A program made the position numbers and the translations under genes. Shown here piece by piece: positions 19,801-28,924 of a DNA stretch of 64,000 nucleotides. The notes under the pieces were generated by a model. That model saw only the letters and a program-made list of their open reading frames with translations, did no database searches and had not been told where the DNA came from. Every line of letters starts with the position of its first letter. The stretch's first letter is position 1. The stretch is from Trypanosoma brucei (Eukaryota): the NCBI GenBank assembly GCA_000002445.1, contig CP000071.1:1984001-2048000 (forward strand). The letters run 5' to 3'.

Positions 19801-21238
19801 ATTTGAGGAGTATGAAAAAGAGGTTGCAGAACAAACTGTGTTGATCAATGAGAAGAAAGAGTTACTGCGAGGGGAAGTTGCAGCATTGGTGAAAGCTAAC
19901 ATGACTTCTGCGAAAGCAATAGATGATGAGATTGACGTGCTAAGAACTGACCGTATGCTAGTCGCTCAACTCGTGGACGAGCTGGAGCTACACCAGGTGA
20001 ATGCGCTGTGTCTGTTTCTACTCAAGAAAACGATCCGCAATAAGTTTCTGGGTGTCAAGCGAGAGGAGGAGGACCTTCTGTGCCGGTTGAGGCAATTGGA
20101 TAGTCTTTACGAGTACCGCCTGAAATTGTATTTGGCCTCGGAGGCGAGGGTGCAGGACTGCATTGAAGAAGAAAAGAACATGATTACGGACATGCGCTGT
20201 TTGCCCCCATTCACCGATCCGGATTGGGGAGAGAGACTGAACAGGCGCTTCACGACTTGGCGTTCCAAGTACGAGGATGGCCTGGCTAAGGTCCCGGAAC
20301 CCACTCGCTCGGGTGTGGTTCCTATTCCACTATGGGAACAGTACTGCCAGTGCTGTAGGGCAGTCGTGGAGGCAAGGGATAAAATAATTCACCTTAGAGG
20401 CGAAGCAGACGCACTCAATGATGAAGTGGTAGAGGTTGAGACGGAAAAAAAGAAAGCACAGTTTGCACTTGACGACAAGGAAAAGGCCGAGGAGGCATGT
20501 AGAAAAGAAGTCATAGAGAAGGTACTCGACATACAAAACTTGTACACGCTGCAGCAAGGACAGGTGCAGGATGAGAACGCTATGGTGAGCGATGATTTCA
20601 CCGACTTCTCCATTCGATGGGTGAAGAACATTACAGATTACAACGACCTTATCTTCGCTAGCTTTGACGAAATACGATCCCTTATGAGTCGTTCATCACA
20701 ACTTCGGCAGTCTATGAAAACATGCTCTTGGGAAACAGAACGTCTGTTATACTGCATTGGAACGCTAGAAATGGAATTACGGCAGTTGCACACATTAAGA
20801 GTGACTCGGCAGATGCAGGAGACCATCCATACCGGCGCTGTAACGTCTCTCGAAAGGGAAATAAACAAGATGGATGCACGAATCGAGGCTGTTCGAAGTG
20901 TCATGTCAAAGAAGGTTGAGGAGCGTAACCGGGTCATATCAAAGCTAAAAATGCAAATTAACGACAGACGCGCGGAGAACCAGTACCTGAACAACCAAGT
21001 CCAAGCTCTGACAAACAGCGTTGAGGATAAGAAAGCTGTATGGGGTATGCTTGGGGAACACAACAATGATAAAGATCGTCTCCGTGAGAGGATGAGGGAA
21101 CTATACGAGAATAGCGAACTTGAGGAGTTGGCTCGCTGCCAGCAAGAGGAACTTGTTCGCCTTAAAAACGAGGTAGATCGCTTGCGTGAGGCCACATTTC
21201 CCTCATTTGCTGTTGTTACGAGGAGGACCGCCAGATGA
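16856..21238 (+). CDS. Large WD40-like then coiled-coil protein (1460 aa); hypothetical, possibly flagellar CFAP43/44-like
   Basis: The N-terminal roughly 650 aa are rich in beta-strand/WD-like segments. The C-terminal roughly 800 aa are heptad-rich and E/K/L/R-rich coiled coil. This architecture and size resemble CFAP43/CFAP44, but that link rests on inference alone. Confidence 0.6.
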   Translation: MATNARILGFNSPSALVAAGDDFLLGAGGGIVIRRKEESSQWIPCEGRYAIGALAFSPSAGLLCVTEVKLDVSLHVFRFPERHHLQCIDNVATVDVQHMLFSSDGEMLALLTCIPTTCVTFYSAARGNRLVKCASTELGGVFCKHLTFPLHRHDCIAVLEPHGVRIACNMDSATFVPSILTLSSKGHYFHSCVWGTEGLYCGAGRGQVVLLDELRTDMKNCINCETPHNVTALLQNGTLLFIGTECGDVFTYNIDQKAQRLLVRLGRSVVRLLTLPDVNDVLVATSTDVTKISVDTAQSVFVRRRSASDTVKLLVLGGLVVIVCLDGSLVTYDQDTNTAVHNPVRFPEKVVDACVVDSVVVVVYDSGFVRSFTVENTVSVVSQMKVSDCPLTACTSDGVSLLAVCDKNVVHFIEVADGLLETAASSDIFACAVTNLRWAVNGGQSVLAACNNGEVHNLRFTGKCDSASAGVTVDMTWRLDFPVNDFLPLYGDGDVINVFVHSVDKDTKMYALERQRVKESKPLRPYFLMRDHECGGNVLQRLGGDSIISAGGDGRVVVRDISHYLMKLPPVPPTKEKKHPLKEFLLRPFGRGGITCLSVWNAAGGFVCGGNDSVVHLVPVGKSPIHYSWSEPFWHQRAISTSPSRASSPSDAETLSAERSRCRIISALADLRMEVEKLLQERTPTVRAEDFLLPEQRQAFNEECEVEIHKAREDDYYSLVHNEFVQHTIKTECWDVMEVQRSKIVSMTDPETEVHNFHLRKPCAQRAKIQKKIKLMRAIQIKTEECFTLSSLVKRAKEGNLCTEQQVCGPPSDVDELLYDTLDVYTGPRATIQLILLECKILHEKKSFNIRFDTLRERKSRELNLIAERNGRCVRIMQQLGEHTCPPNVLFTPVFDIEEDPQTVFEVFDSEIDPELLKLAVKSDDGELVVSPSDEAALKTWMDGLEKVTEVLRVNVPIPPFADNSLEQYVPPEERSDEQQRIFEEYEKEVAEQTVLINEKKELLRGEVAALVKANMTSAKAIDDEIDVLRTDRMLVAQLVDELELHQVNALCLFLLKKTIRNKFLGVKREEEDLLCRLRQLDSLYEYRLKLYLASEARVQDCIEEEKNMITDMRCLPPFTDPDWGERLNRRFTTWRSKYEDGLAKVPEPTRSGVVPIPLWEQYCQCCRAVVEARDKIIHLRGEADALNDEVVEVETEKKKAQFALDDKEKAEEACRKEVIEKVLDIQNLYTLQQGQVQDENAMVSDDFTDFSIRWVKNITDYNDLIFASFDEIRSLMSRSSQLRQSMKTCSWETERLLYCIGTLEMELRQLHTLRVTRQMQETIHTGAVTSLEREINKMDARIEAVRSVMSKKVEERNRVISKLKMQINDRRAENQYLNNQVQALTNSVEDKKAVWGMLGEHNNDKDRLRERMRELYENSELEELARCQQEELVRLKNEVDRLREATFPSFAVVTRRTAR

Positions 21239-21480
21239 TGGCGGTGCCCTGCTGACACTGGCGAGGGGGGGCAAGTGAGGCAGAAGTCGGTGTTATTCGG
21301 ACAAGTGGCAGAAGGAAGTATTATGTAGCAAGTTGGAAACTAGAGAGTTGCGCTCCATTTCGTGACACGGTGGTTCATGTATTTTAGAGCATATACTATC
21401 AGTGAACTAACGTCATCAGAAAAATTTGCCCCACTAGGGCCTTGCAATTGTGGCCTGTGTGCTTACCCGTGTGCTACTAA

Positions 21481-21542
21481 CTTCTATCTTCTGCACAAGC
21501 GCTTTCTTTTTTTTTAAGTAATTGTTGTTGTTGTTGCTTTAG
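21481..21542 (+). promoter_or_regulatory. Polypyrimidine tract plus AG; candidate trans-splice acceptor for the downstream gene
   Basis: cttctatcttctgcac...gctttctttttttttaagtaattgttgttgttgttgctttAG lies immediately upstream of the 21570 ATG. Confidence 0.5.
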
Positions 21543-21569
21543 CTGGAAAGTAGTGGTGCTGTGAAGCGA

Positions 21570-21920
21570 ATGGAATTTAACGCATCAACTACCAACGAGC
21601 GTGAGCGGCGAATCAAATCTGTGGAGGAAGTACTGCTCCGCATCGCTAAGCATGAGGGTGTTGTTGGATATCTTGTGCTGAACCCTGCAGATGGGCGAGT
21701 TATGAGGTATTCAGGTTTTTCATCAGATGAACGGAAAGTCAAAAAGTATGCAGATAAAATAAATGGCTTCACAGCGTTGGCAGCCTCCACCATCCGTACT
21801 ATTGACTGGAAGGATGACCTAACCTTCCTTCGTATGGGTCTCGGGTTGACCGAAATACTGATAGCACCAGACGTAAACAAGCAGTATGTTTTGATTGTCG
21901 TGCAAGAGATCAGATCTTGA
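21570..21920 (+). CDS. Roadblock/LC7-family dynein light chain
   Basis: The 116-aa product has the roadblock pattern (VEEVLLRIAKHEGVVGYLVLNPADGRVMRYSGF...ALAASTIRTI...LTFLRMGLGLTEILIAPDVNKQYVLIVVQE). The track start at 21561 is GTG. The first ATG is at 21570. Confidence 0.7.
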   Translation: MEFNASTTNERERRIKSVEEVLLRIAKHEGVVGYLVLNPADGRVMRYSGFSSDERKVKKYADKINGFTALAASTIRTIDWKDDLTFLRMGLGLTEILIAPDVNKQYVLIVVQEIRS

Positions 21921-22212
21921 TAGAGGAGCTGTGGAAATTGCTATGGCAGATGATGCAGGCTGTGCGGTGGTAGCTGGCTGGGAGATGTTTCTTTTGCTTT
22001 AAATTTCTTTCTGAGCATTCGTTTTGCCTTGTGGAAATGGGAGACTTGGGGACGGCAGGATAATTGTGTTGTTGTCGTGTATCCTTTTCCGAAAAGAGGT
22101 GGCGCAAATACCTCCTGTTGCCTAATTCCGTTTGTTAATGTTCATGTGTGTGCATGTATGTGCGCGTGCTTATGTGTTGTCCCTTTCGTTCTTTTTGTCG
22201 TTACGGGTAGTG

Positions 22213-23370
22213 ATGTACGCTGTGAAACCGTGGGGTAAGGTCCTGCTCGTTGGCAGCGGTGTAGGCGCGTATGCGATGGGGATAGGCATGCGGTGGAGAG
22301 AGTCTAATGTCCAGTTAGTCGAGAAGCGGCGTGATCCCAGCCATGAGCTCAGCAACAGGAGACGTTGCGTGATTACAAGCCAAACACTGAAACTCCTAAG
22401 GGACCTCGGCTGCACTAATGCCAAGGTCGAGAGGATTCTTCAAAAGGCTAAGGGTTGGCGTTTTGTTAGGCCAGACTTGGAGACGATTAGGGAAGGCAGT
22501 ATTTTTCCTGGTTGTGCAGATGGTGAGTCGGTGTACCATTGCGCGGAGGGTGCACTGCAGCGCACACTGCGCACCGAGTACTTACGGTTCGGTGGTGACA
22601 TCAGTTGGGAGACGGAAGCTTTTGATGCATTTGAGACAGGTGATGGAAGTGGGGCTTGGAGCTTGCAGAAGATGTATGGCCTTGAAACAGAGGCTGAGGC
22701 CATCATCACGACCGCTAAAGGAACCTCACTTGCCTCGCTCGTGATTGCGGACGATCCCGACCGGCTGGCGGTGTTATTTGACGAAGAGACAGGCGTCTCC
22801 CCGGGGGGAAGGCAGACCACGGAAAGAATCTTTGGAGCAGCTGATGTAGTAATCGTTGTGGGATCAGGGTTGGTAATTCACATGTGGCATGCTGATAATG
22901 TCATTACATGGAGGCTCATTAGAAAAGCCCGGAGGGAAATTCAAGATCTCCACTCTATAGCACTACATCCAGCTATCCAAGAGGTGCTAGGGAGCAGTAC
23001 CAGCAAGTCCTCCCGCGTCTTGATCGTTCCAGCCACCACACCAGCAATAAAAGACTCTGCCCGCGATGTAAAAGTGAGCGTGTTGGGCGATGGCCTGCTC
23101 CCTGTTGATCCATTTGAGTGGCGGGGTGATCGGGCGCGATGTGGTGTGGAGGAGGCGTCGGCGCTCTGCCGGGCCTTTTACGGGAAAAAGTACCACCGCG
23201 GTAACGTTCCTCGCCTCTTGAGAGAGGTGGAACAGGACGCGCTAGCGAAGCGGGCGGCCATACTCGCGAGAGATCTAAGGGATGCTGAGCATTTTTTGGC
23301 TGTTCTTCCAATTATTGATGGGGAAGACCATGCTCATACAGAGAGCACGTTCTCTCAATTGCCAAAGTAA
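22213..23370 (+). CDS. FAD/NAD(P)-binding Rossmann-fold protein (putative flavin-dependent oxidoreductase); hypothetical
   Basis: After the ATG at 22213 the sequence is KVLLVGSGVGAYAMGIGM...VQLVEKR, a GxGxxG/A dinucleotide-binding fingerprint. The track start at 22132 is TTG. A polypyrimidine tract plus AG ends at 22210. Confidence 0.45.
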   Translation: MYAVKPWGKVLLVGSGVGAYAMGIGMRWRESNVQLVEKRRDPSHELSNRRRCVITSQTLKLLRDLGCTNAKVERILQKAKGWRFVRPDLETIREGSIFPGCADGESVYHCAEGALQRTLRTEYLRFGGDISWETEAFDAFETGDGSGAWSLQKMYGLETEAEAIITTAKGTSLASLVIADDPDRLAVLFDEETGVSPGGRQTTERIFGAADVVIVVGSGLVIHMWHADNVITWRLIRKARREIQDLHSIALHPAIQEVLGSSTSKSSRVLIVPATTPAIKDSARDVKVSVLGDGLLPVDPFEWRGDRARCGVEEASALCRAFYGKKYHRGNVPRLLREVEQDALAKRAAILARDLRDAEHFLAVLPIIDGEDHAHTESTFSQLPK

Positions 23371-23481
23371 GGAGTGAAATGAATGTGGTCGAGGAAGGAA
23401 ACAGCCAACTTCTGAAACAAGACGAGTGGTGTGAACCACTCCGCTTGAAGCATCATCGGGATAGTTGGGCTCAAGGGGGGT

Positions 23482-23559
23482 TCTCTTCGTGTGCTGTTCT
23501 GTACTTTTTTCTATCCTCCACATTGCATTCACTTGTTCTGGTCGTTATCACTCTTCTAG
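23482..23559 (+). promoter_or_regulatory. Polypyrimidine tract plus AG; candidate trans-splice acceptor
   Basis: ttctcttcgtgtgctgttctgtacttttttctatcctccacattgcattcacttgttctggtcgttatcactcttctAG, then gATG at 23562. Confidence 0.55.
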
Positions 23560-23561
23560 GG

Positions 23562-25598
23562 ATGCTCCGATACAACGTGTTCTACCATGGAGACTTTAAG
23601 AAAGTCCTGGTCGCCAACCGTGGAGAGATTGCATGCAGAGTATTCCGTACCTGTCGCGAAATGAACATCCGTACGGTAGCCGTTTGTTGTGAGGGTGAAC
23701 CCAACGCGAAGCACGTGTTGGAGGCCGATGAGGCATTCGTCTTGGGCCCACCCCCAGCGTCCACGTCCTATCTGCGAGGCGACCGCATCATATGCGCAGC
23801 GAAAAAACTTCAAGCTGACGCCGTGCACCCGGGCTACGGATTTCTTTCCGAAAACGCTGAGTTCGCTTCGGCGGTTTTGGCAGCGGGGCTGAAGTTTGTA
23901 GGACCACCGCCGGCCGCCATGTTGTCAATGGGCTCCAAGAGTGAGAGCAAGCGCATCATGGAAGCGGCTGGTGTGCCCATCGTGCCTGGCTACTACGGAG
24001 AAGATCAAAACCCCGATCGGCTGTTACATGAGGCCAAAACTATTGGCTTTCCGGTCCTGATCAAGGCTGTTTCCGGCGGTGGCGGAAAGGGGATGAAGAT
24101 TGTGATGGAAGAAACTGAGTTCCACCTCATGCTTGAGAGCGCCAAGCGTGAGGCCATTAACTTCTTTAAGGATGATCGCGTTATTTTGGAGCGATACGTA
24201 ATGCACCCCCGCCACATTGAATGCCAAATTTTTTTCGATAGTTTTGGCAATGGTGTTTTCTTCTTTGAGAGAGATTGCAGCGTCCAAAGGCGCCACCAGA
24301 AGGTGATTGAAGAGGCCCCGGCGCCAGGTCTCAGCGTGGACATGCGCCGCCGAATCGGCGACGTAGCTTTGACGGCAGCAAGGGCTGTCGGATACGTCGG
24401 AGCCGGTACGGTGGAGTTCATATTTGACACTGAGAAAGACGAATTTTTCTTCATGGAGATGAATACTCGCCTTCAGGTGGAACACCCGGTGACAGAGCAG
24501 GTGTGTCAGGTGAGGGGGAGGCCATTGGATCTCGTGCGGCTGCAGTTGCAAACGGCAATGGGCCTTCCTCTGGGATTCCGTCAGGAGGACATTTCTATGA
24601 GCGGAGCCAGCGTCGAGGCTCGTATTTACGCCGAATCGCCGAGGAATGGGTTCCTTCCCGTGGGTGGCCGCCTACGTTACCTTAAAGAGCCTCCCCAAGG
24701 CAACCGAGGTACTGTAAAGGTGCGCTTGGACACGGGTTTCCGTGCCGGTGACGACGTGTTAGTTCACTACGATCCTATGATCGCAAAATTGGTTGTGTGG
24801 GGTGACAACCGCGCCACCGCCCTCGAGGGTCTGCGGACGGCACTGGCTTCTTATCACATTGTGGGTGTGGAGACAAATATTGACTTTCTTCAGTGCTGCC
24901 TCTCGAACCCCGGCTTCGTCGAGGGGGGCGTGACAACTAGGTTTATTGAGGATAACAGCGTTAATTTGCTCCAACCAAGGGAAATCCCAAATAATGTTTT
25001 GGCACTAGCGGCTGTGTCGTATCTCTGCTCGCAAAGAGGCACGTCTACGTTGTTTTGGCCGAACCGCCAGATATCTCAGGGTGTCTGCTTTACTGTGGGT
25101 GGAAACCCTGTTGTCGTTCGTGTCACTGTCTCCACAAAGATGTGTTTCACCTGCGACTTTGACAGCAGTTCTGTGACAGTCTATGTTGAGAGCACGACCA
25201 ACATGCCGGATTCTTCTACCTTCATTAGGGTTACGGTGGACGGAGAAACACGGTTTGGTTTCACGTCATTTGTCACCGACAGCGAGGTAGCTGTAGCACT
25301 GCCGCAGGGTTTCTACACGTTGGCCCTGCAACCTCTGGCCACAGACTTTGGGAGTACTTCTGCTCAGGCCAACGGCTCCGCGTCCGTGCTCAGCCCTATG
25401 CCTGGGAAGGTCACAAAGCTGCTCGTTGCCGATGGTACGCTTGTGCAGCAGGGTCAGGCAATACTTATACTTGAGGCGATGAAAATGGAGCATGTTGTGA
25501 AGGCATCATGTGACGGAGAGGTGAAGTTTTGCGTTCATGCAGATGGCATAGTCGGAGGAAGCACTTTACTTGCCCATATTGCCTCTGCTGCAGTTTAA
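23562..25598 (+). CDS. Biotin-dependent carboxylase alpha subunit (3-methylcrotonoyl-CoA carboxylase alpha / propionyl-CoA carboxylase alpha type) with a biotin carboxylase domain and a C-terminal biotinyl domain
   Basis: Biotin carboxylase motifs: KVLVANRGEIACR, HPGYGFLSEN, GGGGKGM, ERDCSVQRRHQKVIEE, EMNTRLQVEHPVTE. The C-terminal biotin attachment motif is EAMKMEH. The 61 codons the track places upstream (from 23379) are hydrophobic and pyrimidine-rich and end in AG, so the start is more likely at 23562. Confidence 0.8.
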   Translation: MLRYNVFYHGDFKKVLVANRGEIACRVFRTCREMNIRTVAVCCEGEPNAKHVLEADEAFVLGPPPASTSYLRGDRIICAAKKLQADAVHPGYGFLSENAEFASAVLAAGLKFVGPPPAAMLSMGSKSESKRIMEAAGVPIVPGYYGEDQNPDRLLHEAKTIGFPVLIKAVSGGGGKGMKIVMEETEFHLMLESAKREAINFFKDDRVILERYVMHPRHIECQIFFDSFGNGVFFFERDCSVQRRHQKVIEEAPAPGLSVDMRRRIGDVALTAARAVGYVGAGTVEFIFDTEKDEFFFMEMNTRLQVEHPVTEQVCQVRGRPLDLVRLQLQTAMGLPLGFRQEDISMSGASVEARIYAESPRNGFLPVGGRLRYLKEPPQGNRGTVKVRLDTGFRAGDDVLVHYDPMIAKLVVWGDNRATALEGLRTALASYHIVGVETNIDFLQCCLSNPGFVEGGVTTRFIEDNSVNLLQPREIPNNVLALAAVSYLCSQRGTSTLFWPNRQISQGVCFTVGGNPVVVRVTVSTKMCFTCDFDSSSVTVYVESTTNMPDSSTFIRVTVDGETRFGFTSFVTDSEVAVALPQGFYTLALQPLATDFGSTSAQANGSASVLSPMPGKVTKLLVADGTLVQQGQAILILEAMKMEHVVKASCDGEVKFCVHADGIVGGSTLLAHIASAAV

Positions 25599-26422
25599 AG
25601 CTTAGAGGCGCTTCGACTGCAAGTTGTAGGGGCCTTCAACCGGTTTTGTTTTCCTTGCCCTGTGCAGCGCCATCCACATTGGCTCGTACAGCGCATCCAA
25701 CGAAGCTGTGAGTCTTGGTTTTGCAACTACTGTAGTTGGGGACTTGTGTTGTATTTAAAGGTTTATTTGTTTATGTGGTTGTGAGTGTGAGCAACTTAAC
25801 GAGCGGACGGATAACTCAACGATGCTAGCGGGTTGTAGTAGCCTTACCAGTGTAGTGAAGAAAAAGATGCTTGGGGGCTCGAGGGTTGCCGTGCAAAATG
25901 TGCCGCGTTATTTTCCTTCTTTTTCACTGTCGTCGCTCACCGGAAAAACTGGCAGATTGGAGGTTCCTTCGCTTGCCTCGGAGTGTGGACCCTTTATTCA
26001 TCTCTCGTTTGTAGCTTCAGATCCATTATTTTCTTTATACCTGCCTTTTTTTTTTAGTACTTGGGGGGGACGCTTATCGTATGATGGGAAGGGGGATAGC
26101 CTGCCGAGGGTTCCCGCCTTGTTAAAGCGTGTCACCATTGCTGCCTAAGGGCCAGCCGCGCAAAGCTGAATAAATGATGTTGGTCAGCTGCAGAGCGTTG
26201 AAGTGTAAGATATTTTCTGCCGGAAAGACATCCACGCGTTTCCTTCTTTCCTACTCTTTCACAAACTAGCGCTAGATCGTCACGGCCGCGGTACAGGAGG
26301 TGATTCCTTCCAGTAGTCACGTTAATTGTTGTACAGGGCCAAAGTGACGTAAAACGGTGGTAAAGGATTTAGAACATTTAAACTAGATTATTGAGGGACC
26401 GGTTTTGACTTTACGAGGGAAT

Positions 26423-28924
26423 ATGGAGGTTGACTACTCCGTGGTTGTAAGTCCGTCAACAATGGCCGATCTTAACGCCTCCCCACGGAGCTCCACAGGT
26501 GCCGCGAGCCGCTCCCGCCGTCAGAGTGTGGGGTTTAATGAGCGTACAAGTAGCCACAACTCCCGCCACAGTGGCCGTATAAGCGGGCGTTCGAGCGTTC
26601 GTGATGAGGCGCAGACTTCGCACGAGTTGCTTCGGAAGCAGCGGGTCGTCCGTTGTATGCAAATCGAACGTGAGCGCGCGGCCCGGTCGAAGATGGAAAG
26701 GGCTGAACATGATGACTGGCTGCGGTTGCGTTCTATGGAGCGGTCCGAGGTTGTTCACCGCATGACAGATGAACAGATAGTCGAGATGCTCCAGCGCGAG
26801 GCCAGGGAGATCGAGAGGGAACGACTGGAGGCGGAGGAAGCTATTCGGCGCGGGGCGGAAGAGGCTGCCGCCCGCCAGCGACTGAGAACAAGACAAAACG
26901 TGAACAACCGCAACAGCGCCAAGGTTTCACAATACGCCAAGCAGAACTCGAAGGCGTGCGAACGACTTGATCAGGCAGCAACGGAAGGCGCCGCGTCAAG
27001 CGATTGCCGACTGGAAGTTTCGGGGGAGACCAAATCAGAACCGGGACAATCGCTGATGCCACAAATGACAGAAACGGAATCATGTCGAGAGGGAGCAAGT
27101 GAATCACTATTTGCTATGGTGAAAGGGACACCAGAGTCACTGAGGATGTCAGTTGAAGCGCGCTCAACTCCGGGAGGCAAATTTACCCCCAAAGGGAGCA
27201 GGACATACGCTCAAAGGATTGGGTCTTCCGAGGCAACCAGCCCTGCGGTCACTGCAATGGCATCAGTAATTGACTCGCCGATTTCAGTAGCAGACCGTTC
27301 AAACGATATTATGGCGAGGCTTCGCCGTGCGCAGGAGGACATTGTTGCGCTGAGGGATGAAGTAAGGAACGCCAAACAGTCACAGCAGGAGGCAGAGGCA
27401 AAACTTCGAATGGAAGCCGAACGGGCAGACAATGAGGCTCAGGCGAAGCGGATGTTTGCCAAACGAGCAGACACGTACAAAGCAAGTGTGGAGGAGTTGC
27501 AGAGAAGGACAGCTGAAGTGGAGGAAGAACTGCAAACGCTGAGGCAGAGGGAGAAAAACGACCAGACGGTGCAGAAAGTAAAGGATGAACTAAAGATGGC
27601 AACGGAGCAAATTAGAGCACTTGAAGAAGAGAACAAAGATTTGAAAGACAGACAGCAGGAACTGTACAATGAGAATGCGAGGCTTTCGGCCAACGCGAGA
27701 CGGAGGGCATCTGGTATTTCGCAAAGTGAGTTACTCCCGGAATTTGACGCCGTTTCCGAGGGCGGATCAGGCGATATGAACGCTTCTGACACGGAAATGA
27801 GGAACAGAGGACAAGACAGAGAGGCTCTTGGCTCCTTTGTTGTAAAATACAACATGTTGGTCGATCAGTTCGAAGAACTTCAGAGGCAATCTGCCGAGCA
27901 GCAACTGGAACTACAGCGCATTATCTCTGAGAACAAAGAACTTAAGAACCGATCTCACGGGCAGCCCCCTGCGGCATCGAAACGCCAGCCGGTGTCCGAA
28001 GCAACCGTGAGGTCGGAAGGAACGTCCGGCGACGGAAAGGAAATCGAGCATCTGAGGTGGGAGGCGAAGAAGTACAAACAAGAGGCGATTGAAACCCGCA
28101 AGGAGCTAAAGGCGCTAAAAGAGTCTTCCGAAAACGAGATTTCATCTCTGAAGGAATGGTGTGAACGGCTGAAGGTGAAGTGCAAACGGCAGACGGATGA
28201 CATCAAGAAGTATATGTCACAAAATAAGGCTGTGGATGCAACCAAGGGTGAAACAAAAAAGAAGAGCCCAGACACCGCTGAAGATGTCGATGGAGCAAAG
28301 GCGGCATGTGCCGCGGAGGTCGGTCGGCTTCAGGATGAGATTTTGCAACTGCGTTCGCGTCTAAGCGAAAGCACAAAGAAGGAGCAGGCCGCCATTTCCC
28401 TTGCTGAGTCACTAAAAAGGGAAAAAGTCGACCCTTACAATCGTGACAAAAGGAAGGAGGAGGAACTCCAGAGGCAAGTTGATACACTTACTAGGACGGT
28501 GAAAGAGCGGCGAGAAGCGGAAGCTCGGTGGAAAGAGTCACAGCAAGCCACTGAGAATGAATTGAAGAGTCTTCTGGCGGAACTTACGGCCAGCCGCAAG
28601 ACAATAGAAAATTTAAAGCACGAAGTGAGCTCGCTGCGAGAGGAACAAGAGGCATGTACCCCTTTGAAGCAGGAGCACAGTGACGAAAATGCTGAGTTGC
28701 GGTTGACTGTCACAGCTATCAATACAGAAAATGAGGAGCTACGTGAGAAAATAGCAACTCTCCAGAAGGAGCTTGAAGAGTTGAGGCGAAGGTATATTGA
28801 TTTGGAGAGGGAAGCTGAGGAACGCAACGCCAAAGCCCAGAAGGAAATTAACGAACTCAGGCGTGAGAATGAAAACTTAAGACGTCCCCCTGCAACCAAG
28901 GTTAACAGTAAGAAATGTTGCTAG
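26423..28924 (+). CDS. Coiled-coil protein (833 aa); hypothetical
   Basis: The ORF is long and heptad-rich with E/K/R/L/Q bias from about residue 100 to the end. The track start at 26405 is TTG. The first ATG is at 26423 (MEVDYSVV). Confidence 0.55.
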   Translation: MEVDYSVVVSPSTMADLNASPRSSTGAASRSRRQSVGFNERTSSHNSRHSGRISGRSSVRDEAQTSHELLRKQRVVRCMQIERERAARSKMERAEHDDWLRLRSMERSEVVHRMTDEQIVEMLQREAREIERERLEAEEAIRRGAEEAAARQRLRTRQNVNNRNSAKVSQYAKQNSKACERLDQAATEGAASSDCRLEVSGETKSEPGQSLMPQMTETESCREGASESLFAMVKGTPESLRMSVEARSTPGGKFTPKGSRTYAQRIGSSEATSPAVTAMASVIDSPISVADRSNDIMARLRRAQEDIVALRDEVRNAKQSQQEAEAKLRMEAERADNEAQAKRMFAKRADTYKASVEELQRRTAEVEEELQTLRQREKNDQTVQKVKDELKMATEQIRALEEENKDLKDRQQELYNENARLSANARRRASGISQSELLPEFDAVSEGGSGDMNASDTEMRNRGQDREALGSFVVKYNMLVDQFEELQRQSAEQQLELQRIISENKELKNRSHGQPPAASKRQPVSEATVRSEGTSGDGKEIEHLRWEAKKYKQEAIETRKELKALKESSENEISSLKEWCERLKVKCKRQTDDIKKYMSQNKAVDATKGETKKKSPDTAEDVDGAKAACAAEVGRLQDEILQLRSRLSESTKKEQAAISLAESLKREKVDPYNRDKRKEEELQRQVDTLTRTVKERREAEARWKESQQATENELKSLLAELTASRKTIENLKHEVSSLREEQEACTPLKQEHSDENAELRLTVTAINTENEELREKIATLQKELEELRRRYIDLEREAEERNAKAQKEINELRRENENLRRPPATKVNSKKCC

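Noticed and set aside
16950-21258. Many 60 to 200-aa ORFs antisense to or overlapping the long CDSs, for example 18821..19150 minus, 19381..19902 minus, 20638..21258 minus, 27439..27855 minus, 28435..28899 minus and 51631..52170 minus.
   Set aside because: These are typical shadow ORFs in GC-rich coding DNA. They are antisense to much longer ORFs that carry recognisable domains, and they are S/C/R-rich and low in complexity.
22132-22212. N-terminal MLMFMCVHVCARAYVLSLSFFLSLRVV extension of the FAD-binding protein, as a signal peptide.
   Set aside because: The track start is TTG. The stretch is a TG- and pyrimidine-rich 5' region ending in AG just before ATG 22213. It is more plausibly 5' UTR and splice-acceptor sequence than a signal peptide.
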